Shown one piece after another: positions 24,351 through 34,827 of a stretch of 64,000 nt of DNA. Under the pieces are notes generated by a model. That model searched no databases. It had not been told where the DNA came from and saw only the letters and a list, made by a program, of their open reading frames with translations. Origin of the DNA: Marsupella aquatica (Eukaryota; Plantae; Marchantiophyta); NCBI GenBank assembly GCA_973895155.1, contig OZ316891.1, positions 6,937,808-7,001,807 on the forward strand, in the 5' to 3' direction. Numbering within the stretch: the first letter of the stretch is position 1; every line of letters starts with the position of its first letter. A program made the translations under genes and the position numbers.

Positions 24351-25429
24351 CGATCGATGGGCCTTAATTCACAGGTCGCCCGGCTCGGTCCCTTGTTGCA
24401 GCTCGCCCAGCTCCACAACACCATAGACAAGGAGTTCGCAGGTCCAGTTTCCACCACGCAGCGTTAGCAAAACAAAAATGCTTGATCTTCGCCCTCCGCC
24501 CTCCGCCCTTTGCCCGAACCCCAAAATATCACAAGCGCAGCTCCAACGTCCAACCGGCAACCCTCCCCCGAGCTTTGTTAGACAAAAATCAGCACAGCAC
24601 AACTGAGCTCGACGGAAATAAGCTCAGCACCCACCGCAGCTGAACAAAGCTCACACAAGAGCTCATACGGGAGCTCGCTGTGGGAGTAAAAGAAAAATAG
24701 GAGGGCCGATGGCAGCCCGCAACTCCCACACCCTGCTCCTTCACAACTCTGGCGAGCTCCTTTGCAACTCCAATGCAAACTACTATCCACAATTGTAAAT
24801 GCACATCGATCAGCCAAACCTAAACCCTCCCACTGAGCTCAGACTCCCGCAGTAGCACTCCTGCAACAACACATTGCACAGCACTCCCGCAGCACATTGC
24901 ACATCCTCCCGCAACACTTTGCACAGCGCTCCCGCAGCTCCTGGAGACCTGATTGAAGCCTTGATTGCACACTCTTGAGGCAAAACAGCAGCGCAACCTT
25001 GCTAAACCCCTTGACCCTCTCGCCCTAAACGCTGAGTGGCAGACACTAACCGCAACATTCAACGTTGAGCCTCGATACTTTGTGAGAAAAGTAAAACACG
25101 ACTGAAAGGCGCGAGGGTGAAAAGGGTGCAAAGAGCCGTTTGGCGCCAACCTTACTATGACATGGCAGCCCCTAGAGTGATCTCAGCCATCCGGATGAAA
25201 AGAGATTGCCTTGAGTGATCTCGACCATCAATATGCAGGTTTCATGTTAACCCCAGGCCCCCATTCCCTCTACTTCAAGTGTCTAAATTAATTACACTCC
25301 AAGCCTTGTCTAGCCCCTAAAAAACTAGTGCTAAGTCATGACTACTCGGCCCTCTCAAAGTATAGCCCAGCTGAGTAAACTTCCAATATGCGACTTTTTG
25401 ATGGTGGGGATCGATGGACTCCATCCAAT

Positions 25430-25925
25430 GGTCCCTAAACCCCCCATCCCCTTAACCCTAAACCCCCCACCCTTGACATCTCAACCCTCCACCCTTGACA
25501 TATAAACCCCCCCTAAACCCCCTTTAGTGAAAACTCAGCCACCCCCACACCTTGACATATAAACCCCCTAAATGTCTTGACAACTCGACTGTGGCCAGAC
25601 TGTTTTTGCAATGCCACGGGCCGTTTTAGAGCGCCGCTTGCAAGCTCAGGATCAATGAAGCATGTTGCCTCCAGCTCTCCAAATCCTCCCAAGGCAGCAA
25701 ACAAGTTAGGGTCCACGGTCCCTATTCGTTTACCCTAAATCGCTGCGTCACTATTTCAATTGAGTGTTCTCTGACCCTAAACCCCCTTTACTGACCCCCA
25801 CCCCCTTGAGACCTAACCGGCCCACCCTTGGCATATAAACCCCCCTAAACCCCTTTAGTGGTGAACCCCCACACCCTTCGCATGTAACTGGCCCACCCTT
25901 GAGCCCTAAACCCCCCCAAACCCAC
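25430..25925. repeat. C-rich motif array (CCCTAAA, CCACCCTTGACAT, TAAACCCCC) near the CACTA 5' end
   Basis: About 8 CCCTAAA heptamers interleaved with cccttga(cat) motifs. Confidence 0.8.
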
Positions 25926-26274
25926 TATGGAGTATATTCAAAATTAGGGAATTTCAACATTTACGCCGTTTGTCCGTGTTCAAGTTAGCGGGATGTTGGT
26001 AAAGAGGTCGTCAAATGAATTGTGCCCCCCCCCCCCTATGCCCATTATCAAATTAAAGCCCACAACTAAACCCTACAACCCATCATGTGCTAGAGTGTTC
26101 ATACATTCACAAAGAAGGGTACTTTTCATAGTCTTATCCAAAACCAAAAAGCACTCACAGTCTTTTGTAGTGTTCATGTGAACCGTGGCAATGGTTTCGA
26201 GTCATTTAAGGTTGCCAAAAAGGACTTAGTGGCCTTAGTCCTATAAGGTTTGGTCTAAATTGCCCCGGTTTCTA

Positions 26275-27288
26275 CTAGTGCAAATACTCTTTTGACCGCC
26301 TAACTTCTGCCTCCTTTGCTGCAAGCTCGTCCTCACACTTTTCAATCAAGCTGTGTAAATGACTCAGGTATGCTAAGCGTAGGTTATGGTGACTGCAATC
26401 ATCTATATCACTCTTTGGAGTTTGACCATCTCCAATGTCAAGCCGATGCAAAGATTGACCCAAACCATGTACATCATCACTCTCACACTGCAAATCAGAG
26501 GTCGTGACAGGGATTGGCCTGATGATATTGTGTGAGTCTGGACCCCCATACTCCTTGTATGAAGAAGCAAAAACACCCTTCCCAACATACCGGATTTCAT
26601 GCTCAGGGGAGTATGTTGGTGTTGAATTTGATACATAACCTGTAGTGACAAGCTGACCTCGAGAGGGTGTGGCCTGAAATGAACATGCATTTGTTACAGT
26701 CATGCCAATAATGAACCAAGCTGGATCACCCTCCTGCCCTTCCGACTGCTGAAATATTATCTCAAAAATGAAGTATATGCCAACAAGGTTCTGCATGCGT
26801 GAGCGAAGAATGTCACGCTGCTGCAAAAAGGGTAGTACGCTGAACTCAGCCGCATCATATGAAGAGGGTCCAACCCTTAGGATGTCACTGCCCACATCCC
26901 ACACTGCACACTCCACGGCCTGTACATCGTCTGTAATGACCACCCGAAACCGCCAGAACCAAGTTGTTGTGTTTCGGTTGTCACATGGACCATTGTGACT
27001 TGAAGGGTACTGCCCACCATGTAGGTCTAAAGAATGGGATGGAGCTGTAGATCGTTTGCACAATTTACTTGAGTTACGCACCTTCTGTCCACAACCCAAA
27101 TAAGTGAAACACTCTAGCACAGGGAGGATGTGAGTCAATCGAGTTCGCACGTGTGCGTGAATCTGTGCCCCATATGGCAAGTCTTGCCCACGAGCAAATA
27201 TGGAATCCAACGTCTGGATTCCAGTCATGCGACTCATGCGATTATGTTGAGGTTTTGGCATCCTACAATGCATCATGTACAAAACCAA
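26275..27288 (-). pseudogene. RPA1 C-terminal (DBD-C)-like OB-fold protein, truncated 13 aa before its end by the CACTA insertion
   Basis: FTYLGC...LCKRS...WRFRVVITDDVQAVECAVWDVGSDIL...LVGIYFIFEI resembles Rep_fac-A_C (Y.AC...C.KK....Y.L...I.D.TG......F......I+G); the current stop is the CAC TAG inside the TIR. Confidence 0.65.
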
Positions 27289-27573
27289 CCATGCTCAGTG
27301 GGATGCTAATGGGCTAATGATGTCCATGAACATGCTGCTTGGCATATATATTGTGACATAGACAGGCAAGGGACGGTTACATTTGGGCCTTCAAAAGCAA
27401 CTTGGATTAACAAACACAATTGACAAGGTAGTGCAGTGCATGATTGTCACAAATACAAACCCAACTTCAAATAATTATTGTGTTCAAAATGAACATGCAA
27501 TATAATAAGTGCATCCGTAATAGAGAAAGTGCATGTTACAGTAATAAATGAGAAAGTGAACTAAACCTCTACC

Positions 27574-28137
27574 CTAAATAGACACAAAGTTTTCAGTCCA
27601 TTCATCACTGGTGATGTATAAGATTTGTTGAATGACATGGTGATCCTGCCTAAGGTACCCAACTCCTAATTCTAACATCACATCTAAACTCCATCCTGCA
27701 AGCCACCATTTAGGACGAGGACCAGGTCCTGATAGTATAGGCCCTAATGCCCTCCAATAATCTGATGAGTCAACCACATGTCTCCAACCTGTATTAACGC
27801 ATCTAATAGACATGATGTCCTCAGCCTGGCAGGGAAATGACAATCTTGGCCAAATATGGGTGAGGACGACATCATTTGGCAGAGGAGGGAGGAGGTGGGT
27901 AAGCTTAGTACACCGAATCCCCTCCCCTTCACCTAGGCCCTCTACCTCATCCAGGGTTGCATATAGCTTGACACCAGATTGATTGCCAGAATGCAGAGCA
28001 GGCTTAGGTACTGGGTTCTGGACGTCTTTCAGTACAGCAAGACTGGGAAAATGCCCTGCAATGAACCTAATGAATGCATAGATCTGAAACATGACATTGC
28101 AAATCATGTGTAGTAGAGTTGTAAAAACCCAGGCCAT
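27574..28137 (-). CDS. F-box-like small protein (outer-element cargo)
   Basis: LLPPLPNDVVLTHIWPRL...DIMSIRCVNTGWRHVVDSSDYWRALGPIL; aligns by eye with ORF 17383-17952. Confidence 0.65.
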   Translation of the reverse strand: MAWVFTTLLHMICNVMFQIYAFIRFIAGHFPSLAVLKDVQNPVPKPALHSGNQSGVKLYATLDEVEGLGEGEGIRCTKLTHLLPPLPNDVVLTHIWPRLSFPCQAEDIMSIRCVNTGWRHVVDSSDYWRALGPILSGPGPRPKWWLAGWSLDVMLELGVGYLRQDHHVIQQILYITSDEWTENFVSI

Positions 28138-28138
28138 G

Positions 28139-28876
28139 TCAAGCTATGTATTTAGCAGCCGAGAGGCCAAGTCTATTGCCTGCATACACCCCGCAAACAG
28201 AGTATGCATCAGGCTTATAAAACATAGTATCAGTAAACCCTAAACGACGGAGGCGATCCCTTAGACCAAAAACACCCTCAATGTCGGTGAAATTATCAGA
28301 CCACACACAAATGACATGTTGACCAACAGGGATCTTTTCCTCTTTCAGAAACCCAGACTTCAGAGGTTTGGTATGACAGGTGGAAACCTTCGCATCAGTT
28401 GCCAAACTACCTTTCACAATGGCAGCAGCAATTTTTGCCCACTGGGAGTCTACTGCATGGCTGTCAACAAAAATCATCCATTTTCCAGACATGACATTAT
28501 TGGCAATAGCTAGACTTTCAATATGACAGTTCTGTAGCCTTTCGTGAGAAGAAAGACACAATGATTCCCAAGCTGTAGCTAACCCTGTTGTATTGACAAG
28601 GCAATCCAATTCCTTGTTTGACTGAAGGGTGCTAACATTCAGCCATTCAATGTAGTTGAAAGGAATGGATGCTGGCTTCCATTCGTCAAGGAATTCAGAA
28701 ATGGATTGAAGGTCGCTATCAAAGCATACTACATGAGATGACTGCCCAACATCCATGACTGTGAGCAAGGGAATGAATTGACCCCTGCAAGCACATACTT
28801 GACAATTAATACTAGTGAAGACAAGGAGAATTGCAGTCGGAACTTTATCAAGTAGGGCACGATTTGCAGAGGACAT
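28139..28876 (-). CDS. DUF1917 / UPF0696 (C11orf68/Bles03-like, eIF4E-like fold) protein
   Basis: SGKWMIF...DSQWAKIA.A...G.L..AKVS...HVICVWSDNFTDIEGV...LRRLG...YKPDAYSVCGVYAGN matches the family signature SGKW...AKVS...VICVYT.DF.D...YKPD.YT..GIY..N. Confidence 0.88.
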   Translation of the reverse strand: MSSANRALLDKVPTAILLVFTSINCQVCACRGQFIPLLTVMDVGQSSHVVCFDSDLQSISEFLDEWKPASIPFNYIEWLNVSTLQSNKELDCLVNTTGLATAWESLCLSSHERLQNCHIESLAIANNVMSGKWMIFVDSHAVDSQWAKIAAAIVKGSLATDAKVSTCHTKPLKSGFLKEEKIPVGQHVICVWSDNFTDIEGVFGLRDRLRRLGFTDTMFYKPDAYSVCGVYAGNRLGLSAAKYIA

Positions 28877-28959
28877 GGTATTGAAGACAATTACCTGATG
28901 AAAGAATGTTGGACAAAGATTCTCACCCTGAAGTTACCTCAAAAAATGCTAAGCAATCA

Positions 28960-29700
28960 CCTTGCACTTGTATTCCCTGGGTGAAGCAATCCCTTGCAAA
29001 GCTATCCCCTGAGTGAAGCGATCCCTGGGTAAAGCAATATATCCCCTCATGCAGGACACGATCCCCTTAGCTCTATGAAAATTGCTGAAAGGGCGAACTT
29101 TAGCTGTAGGCGATAAGCTACTGCAATTCAGCTGCAAACACCACCTGTGAAGTTTCGCTCCAAACAGAGGCTGCGAACGAAAGCAGCTACAAACAACCTT
29201 CACCAGCAACCTTCAGCAACAAACTTCAGCTGCAACGTTGCAAAGGGTGTTGTTGCTCAGCTCCCTGCATTTACAATGCATGCATCAAATGTCAGCATCT
29301 CAGCGTTTTCTCTGGCTAAATCAATTCCAACCCAGGATGTACTTAGGTGCGATGTACTCAGGTGCGAACTTCAGCTGGAGGCGATGGGATCAGTCAGTGC
29401 AGCTGCAAACATTAACAGTTGCGAATATGAGCTGCGAACTTCCCCGCTGAAGTGCTAATTCTTTCGCGCTGCATCGAGCTGCTGAACGACTGCATTGATG
29501 AGCTGCTGAACTCCTGGGCTGCAATGCGAGTTGAGCTACGGGGACCTGCAGCTGAGTTCAGCTACGCAGGGGGCGGCTGCGACGTTGAGCTGCAAGCTTG
29601 ACCTGCAAACGTTTGCTTCAAACTTCAGCAGCTGCGATTAGCTTTGACCTTGCAATGCGACGTTTAGCTACTGGGACCTGCAGCTGATTTCAGGGGGCGG
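28960..29700. repeat. Motif-dense non-coding region at the 5' side of the outer element
   Basis: Repeated atccc(c)t motifs at 28970-29070, then many (tt)cagctgc/gagctgc/acctgcagctga motifs. Confidence 0.55.
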
Positions 29701-30139
29701 CTTGATCAGTTCCAAAGGGGACGAAAAGGTCTTGCAATTTCGAGCAAATGTGAATCAAATCGACTGACTCACATCATCTTCGACATTTGCAAACAGTCAT
29801 CGTGCAAAGAGAGAGACGTTTGCAGACATTCATAGCGCAAAGGGTGCTGAGTACAGACATTGAAAGAACCCTAGTAGACATGTTCCGTGCCTTACAACGC
29901 ATAAGGCCAATGAAGCCTGTGCTCGTTGTTGCGGGAAGGAAAACCAGAGTCATGGACAGACTACCGGGAGTACCAACGGAAAACCTCCTGGTCCCGGTCA
30001 TACAACTCGTTACAAGTCACTTTTGCCGAAATATGTATTCTGTGCTATACAAGCAAAATTCTAAGTTTACGTCTGTGTCCATGCAAGTTGTGTCTGTCCA
30101 TCCTAGTGTTTTTGCAAACGTCTGTGTCCATAAGAGCTT

Positions 30140-30569
30140 GAAGTTCCTGAAGGACGTGAGTGGGAAATATTCCCACATTATATTTGTTACGAGGGCAAGT
30201 GGCATTACATTTGACGAGGAGCTCTGGACTCTGTTTGAGGAGATTTTCAAGGGTGGAGAGAATGCGTTTGTCATTGTAATCACCGGAGCGCGGCTACAAC
30301 GGAAGAAACTTCCTGTCGCCATGCAGAAAGTACAGAATATTTGTGTTGTTAACATTCCCACGAACCCCGGCGACGGTTTCAGAGAAGCCGTGAATGTATG
30401 GATCAGGCCGGAAGTAATAAAGAAATTCGAAGCAGAACTGGAGGGTTTCTTCAGAAGGAGGAATTACGAGTACGTTTTGCCGCTCATATCCCAGGGGACT
30501 GACGATGTTATCAACAAGATCGTACAGGGGATCGCACACAGCTTCTCAAAAGAGAGAGGAAAAAGATGA
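30140..30569 (+). pseudogene. C-terminal half of the AIG1-like GTPase domain
   Basis: KFLKDVSGKYSHIIFVTRASGIT...LFEEIFKGGENAFVIVITG is the segment expected after the G3 motif in AIG1-like GTPases; in frame with 8474 once the insertion is removed. Confidence 0.8.
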
Positions 30570-33500
30570 TGGGTGCACAAGTCCCTTCTTAATATACTAA
30601 CGGTAACTTTGTGAATCCTTACAATAATTCTTATCAAATTGACCGGGTCAAATTTCATTTTAGGATACTGACTCTTCTATCTCTCAATTCAAGTAATACA
30701 AAGATGTAATTTAAAAAAACGAATTTTTTTTTATTATATGAAAAAATAGATAAAATTGTAACTATATGGGTTTTTTTTAATACACGGGTCAATGGCCAAA
30801 TTAACCTGTATTTTAGAATTTTATTATAATTTCTGTTCAAAAATAATAAGAATTATAACTGCTAACAATAAAGAGTTGTTTTTAATAAGAAAACCAAACT
30901 TTATATATTACTAAAATATTGAGAGTGGAAACCGGAAACCCCAGTTTTTTTAAAACAACAATTATTTTAGCTTAAAAATTATGCTTACATTGCAAAAGTT
31001 AGTGTTTACAAAACCTGCACTCTGAAATATTTATCAGTCATGTACAAAATTGTAATTATTATTGGCAGCTTTGTGGTGGGGGTCTAAAATGCCCCCAAAT
31101 CTTTTTTTCTGCGCATACTATTTCTTAGTATAGGAATCTGCACATATGAATATGATTATGCAAAATACAATGTACAATATTAAAGAGAGTACATTTGTAA
31201 CTTATACTATTCTGCACATATGATTTTGCATTCTTAGTATTTGATTTTGCGCATATGATTATACAAAATATAATTTACAATACTAAAGAGAGTACATTTG
31301 CAATTTGTGACCGAACCTCTTGATCACGGGCATGATTTATTTATTGGTAAGTGTTGTTTGCAGAGCTCGCATTAAAGAGTTTCCGGCGTACCTGAATGGC
31401 TAACCGACTTGCTACGAGGACTGAGTGAGGGTGCTCGCCATATCGTGACAGCTTCCTTGCTCTGGAGCCAGTCTTCTGACAAAGAGTATTGCAGAAGCTG
31501 GTTGGCTTGCCTGACAGGTGTTGTCATAATCAGGTGCATGGATGGACTCATTAGCTGGGTTAAGATATAGTAGTTGGGGAGACTTTTGATGTTCAATAAT
31601 GTTCTGAAGAATTTGATGTCCAAAAGTTTTGTTTTAACTTATTACCTTGGGCAGAGGAATGGCCGTCTGAACTCATTAGGTGGCTCAAGAGAAAGTTGTT
31701 GGGGGAGACTTTCGGTGGTCAGTGTTCTAAAGGATTTGATTTTTCACATGTTCGTTTCCCCTGGGCAGCAGAATGGCCACGTTTATGAATTCTCACGGCA
31801 AAGCTGATTAGATACACAGAGAAAGAATATTGCTACACATAAGATACAAAACGAGATTTGCAGACCTATTCGTAACACATTTACCACTGAAAAGTGGCTC
31901 AGACCGGTGAGGATCACGGGGAAGGCAGGCCATGAGATTCGCCTGAATTCTCCTTCAGCTGATAGATGCTGCGACCGGGGATTAGACGCATTTGGGTTGC
32001 CTATTGTCAAATGATCTGAGCTGGGTTCCTCTAATCGGGCCTCTAATATGACAGTCTCCCGTCCTTGGGGTGGGAGTCTGAGGTGTTCACGGACCCTTTG
32101 CCCAAATTGTAAGACCGCCAGCCCGAGATTTCAATATCTCAGTGACTGCCTCTTTCATGGCTGATAATGCCTCATAGTATCTTGTACATAAAGCAAGAGC
32201 CTCGATCTAACCAGTACATTACCCTGTTCATATTAACTTTTCATGCTTCATAGTATCTTGTACATAAAGCAAGGTCTACTGCCAAAACTTTTACTGCCTC
32301 TAACTAACTAGTGTGTAATATTTTTCAGGTTTAATCTGTAAAATTGGGGTTTTTTTATAATAGTGCGAGTTGTCAGAAAGACTAGGCTCAAGGATAATTA
32401 GTCTGTGACACTAATTCGGTGTGACTTCTTATTTGCAAGACTAAATACTCTAAAGAGTGCACGGTAGCTATCATGCACGGAGGGGAAAATTAAGAACCTG
32501 ACGTATGCTACCACACTCTGGCTAACCAATGGCGCCATATTGCAAAGCACCCCATGTAAACTGTGCAAGTTCTCAATGCTCACATCAGAATGAACATGAT
32601 ACCTGGTTCCTTCGTAAGAGATCCTCGATAAGATCTCCTAATTTTGAGCTACAGAAAAGCCATTTCTATATTTGATGTACAGACTATCTACAGTCGGTTG
32701 AGAAGGTGCACTAGTAATGTCGTTAATTAAGCCTGAGAAGATATTGACAATTCCATCCCGAGATGGATAAGCTGGCTGCGTGGAGTTTGTATTTGCTGGA
32801 AATATAGAGGAATTGAAAATCGGAATGTTAGACATGCATGGAGGGTTGTTCAGAAAGTTGCAAGAATAAACTCTCTCATATGACTATTAAAGATGTCGAT
32901 GCCAAGCGTCAAAAGTTCAAAAGACATGGTAGCATCCACAGTTAGTATCCATGCATAATTATCGAGGGAACAAGCCAGCTTACATGGACTTGGAGCTCAA
33001 TAAATTGACGACTACTAGCTAGCCTACATAACGATGTTGGCTAGCAAAAACAGAATTGCACAATTCTGGTACAATTTAGGGTCGATTCCAAACAATCGTC
33101 CAATTTATCGCAGCCTGCTGTAGATCTACCTCAAAAGTTTGCAGACCCCAAACTGAAGGAGATCAAAAATGGAAATCCAGTCCAGCGATTTCAACTTAAC
33201 TTAACGCTGGACCAAAGTTCCATTTCTTTGATTCCTTCACTTGGAGATCTGCGCTAGTCCATGGCTCCCGTTCACCGCTGCCACACGTATTTTCACATCA
33301 AGTTAGAGACCTGTTCCCACGATGTTAGAAGTACGTTCCCATTCCGTCATTTTGGCGAGGGTGCGGACACTGACCTCCCTCTGAAATTAGCTCTAACTTT
33401 AAACGAAGAAACTATGTAAAAACCGACTATTCATGTCTAGTAATTAACAGTCAACCCGACCATTTCGGAGAGAAAACTCAATCCGAATAGACAACTAAGT

Positions 33501-34710
33501 GCTTTCGATCTTCAGGACGACTTACTTAAGTACATTGGAACGCAACCAGATGACGGGCGGAAGTGCTCTCATGCTGCACCAGAGCCCACATGACTTGTAC
33601 AGTCGATGAAGTGGATCGATCATACTTGGCTTGCCACTGTCTTTCGTGTACTTGCAGGAAAGTACAATTTTGAGGTACAATGTGATATAATCGAAGACCA
33701 GCTGGAAACGGATGTCTCCAATGTAGGTTTCAAGGGACTTCGAGGTCAGACACACCTTCGAGATTTTAACCTGGAATTTCAAATCGGAGAACGTGGGCGA
33801 CAACGTTTCTAGATGGCCGTAGACAATCTGAGAAGGGTGGGCATTCTACAGCGAAAATGTGTTCAATATCGAGTTGGATATATGCTTGGATCTGCTCTCA
33901 GATATACAAAGACAGTGCATTACAGACTATTCAACTTCGATTCTCGATCTAGCAAGTCTCCGACGTTTCTATGTACTCTGAAGGAACTCTCAACTACTCG
34001 GCCAACAGGAACTTGCCAGACATAAGCTTAGACAGTTTAAGCCAAGTCTGAGACGAGGATCGGACTTCACAGGACATGGAGATAGGGTGCTTCATGTTCT
34101 ATGAATGACAATTGAAGTTAAATCGATCAAGAGCAGTGGCTGCTGAATGTCAAAAGCTAGACAAATCATTACAACACAACGGCACATTCAGCGAGCTACA
34201 TTACGTACTCCTAGCCGGACATTTGTGTACACGTGGCATCGATCTCAAAGAAACAATGGACCCACGTGATTGACGTAGACATTGGGATATATTGGGAGGC
34301 AAGAAGAATTCCCTTTGATCGAAAGATGATCACTCAGAAATCTACATACAAAAAATACAATTATGGGGCTCATTCTAGCGGCATTAAGGATACGTGAAAA
34401 TTTGGACAAATCTGATCGAAGGAGCATTCATGACCAAATAGTCAGACGATGCGTCAAAATGCTTGCGTTAACTAAACTTTGAATACGTTTTGCTCTAACA
34501 AACGAGAAGAATTTCCTACAAGAAATCCAAAACAAGACTTGATCATGTACAATGTTCCGGGACTCAGAGGACTACTTCACACTGGTGACGCATGAATTCC
34601 AGCCTCGTCGCGAAAGCTAACCTAGTACTTCACTTAGTACCGCGCGCTTCCGGCATTTTCGAGTCTGCACGGTAATTCACATAATCGATATTCATTGCCA
34701 CCGAATATTT

Positions 34711-34827
34711 CAGATGCATGAACTTCTTGGTCAGTCGTCATTCAAACGCAGAGCTGGGTTCGACCTTGCTCTGTTCGTGGGACCCGCAATCATACACTAC
34801 CAATAATCCGGCCAGATGCATGTACTT
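34711..34827. promoter_or_regulatory. Twice-repeated 15-mer CAGATGCATGWACTT upstream of the Lhcb gene
   Basis: Copies at 34711-34725 and 34813-34827; loosely resemble EIN3/EIL-family sites (AYGWAYCT); function unproven. Confidence 0.3.

Larger units (their letters stand above)
9194..26280 (-). mobile_element. CACTA (En/Spm) DNA transposon, 17,087 bp
   Basis: Perfect 18-bp TIR CACTAGTAGAAACCGGGG (9194-9211; inverted at 26263-26280), followed by a shared atttagacc; 3-bp TSD CAA at 9191-9193 and 26281-26283; internal TnpD- and TnpA-like genes. Confidence 0.97.
8475..30139 (-). mobile_element. Non-autonomous TIR-bounded element (~4.6 kb once the nested CACTA is removed) carrying three minus-strand cargo ORFs
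   Basis: Left end aagctcggatggacacacacgtttgc vs reverse complement of right end aagctcttatggacacagacgtttgc; ATGGACACAGAC-like subterminal repeats at both ends; precise removal rejoins the GTPase frame (ACC GA|G AAG TTC = T-E-K-F). Confidence 0.85.

Noticed and set aside
25430-25925. True interstitial telomere
   Set aside because: CCCTAAA units are dispersed among other motifs rather than in tandem, and lie within the CACTA
29787-30139. N-terminal part of the 260-aa ORF 29787..30569
   Set aside because: Lies inside the outer element's terminal region; only 30140 onward is the GTPase half, the rest is chance read-through
8475-30139. Outer element as a canonical Helitron (RPA cargo, no TSD)
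   Set aside because: No 5'-TC/CTRR-3' ends at an A|T site and no RepHel ORF; symmetric TIRs are present instead. A Helitron2-like variant is not excluded
31370-34060. Short ORF fragments that look like a decayed gene
   Set aside because: Multiple stops and no recognisable family or consistent splice pattern
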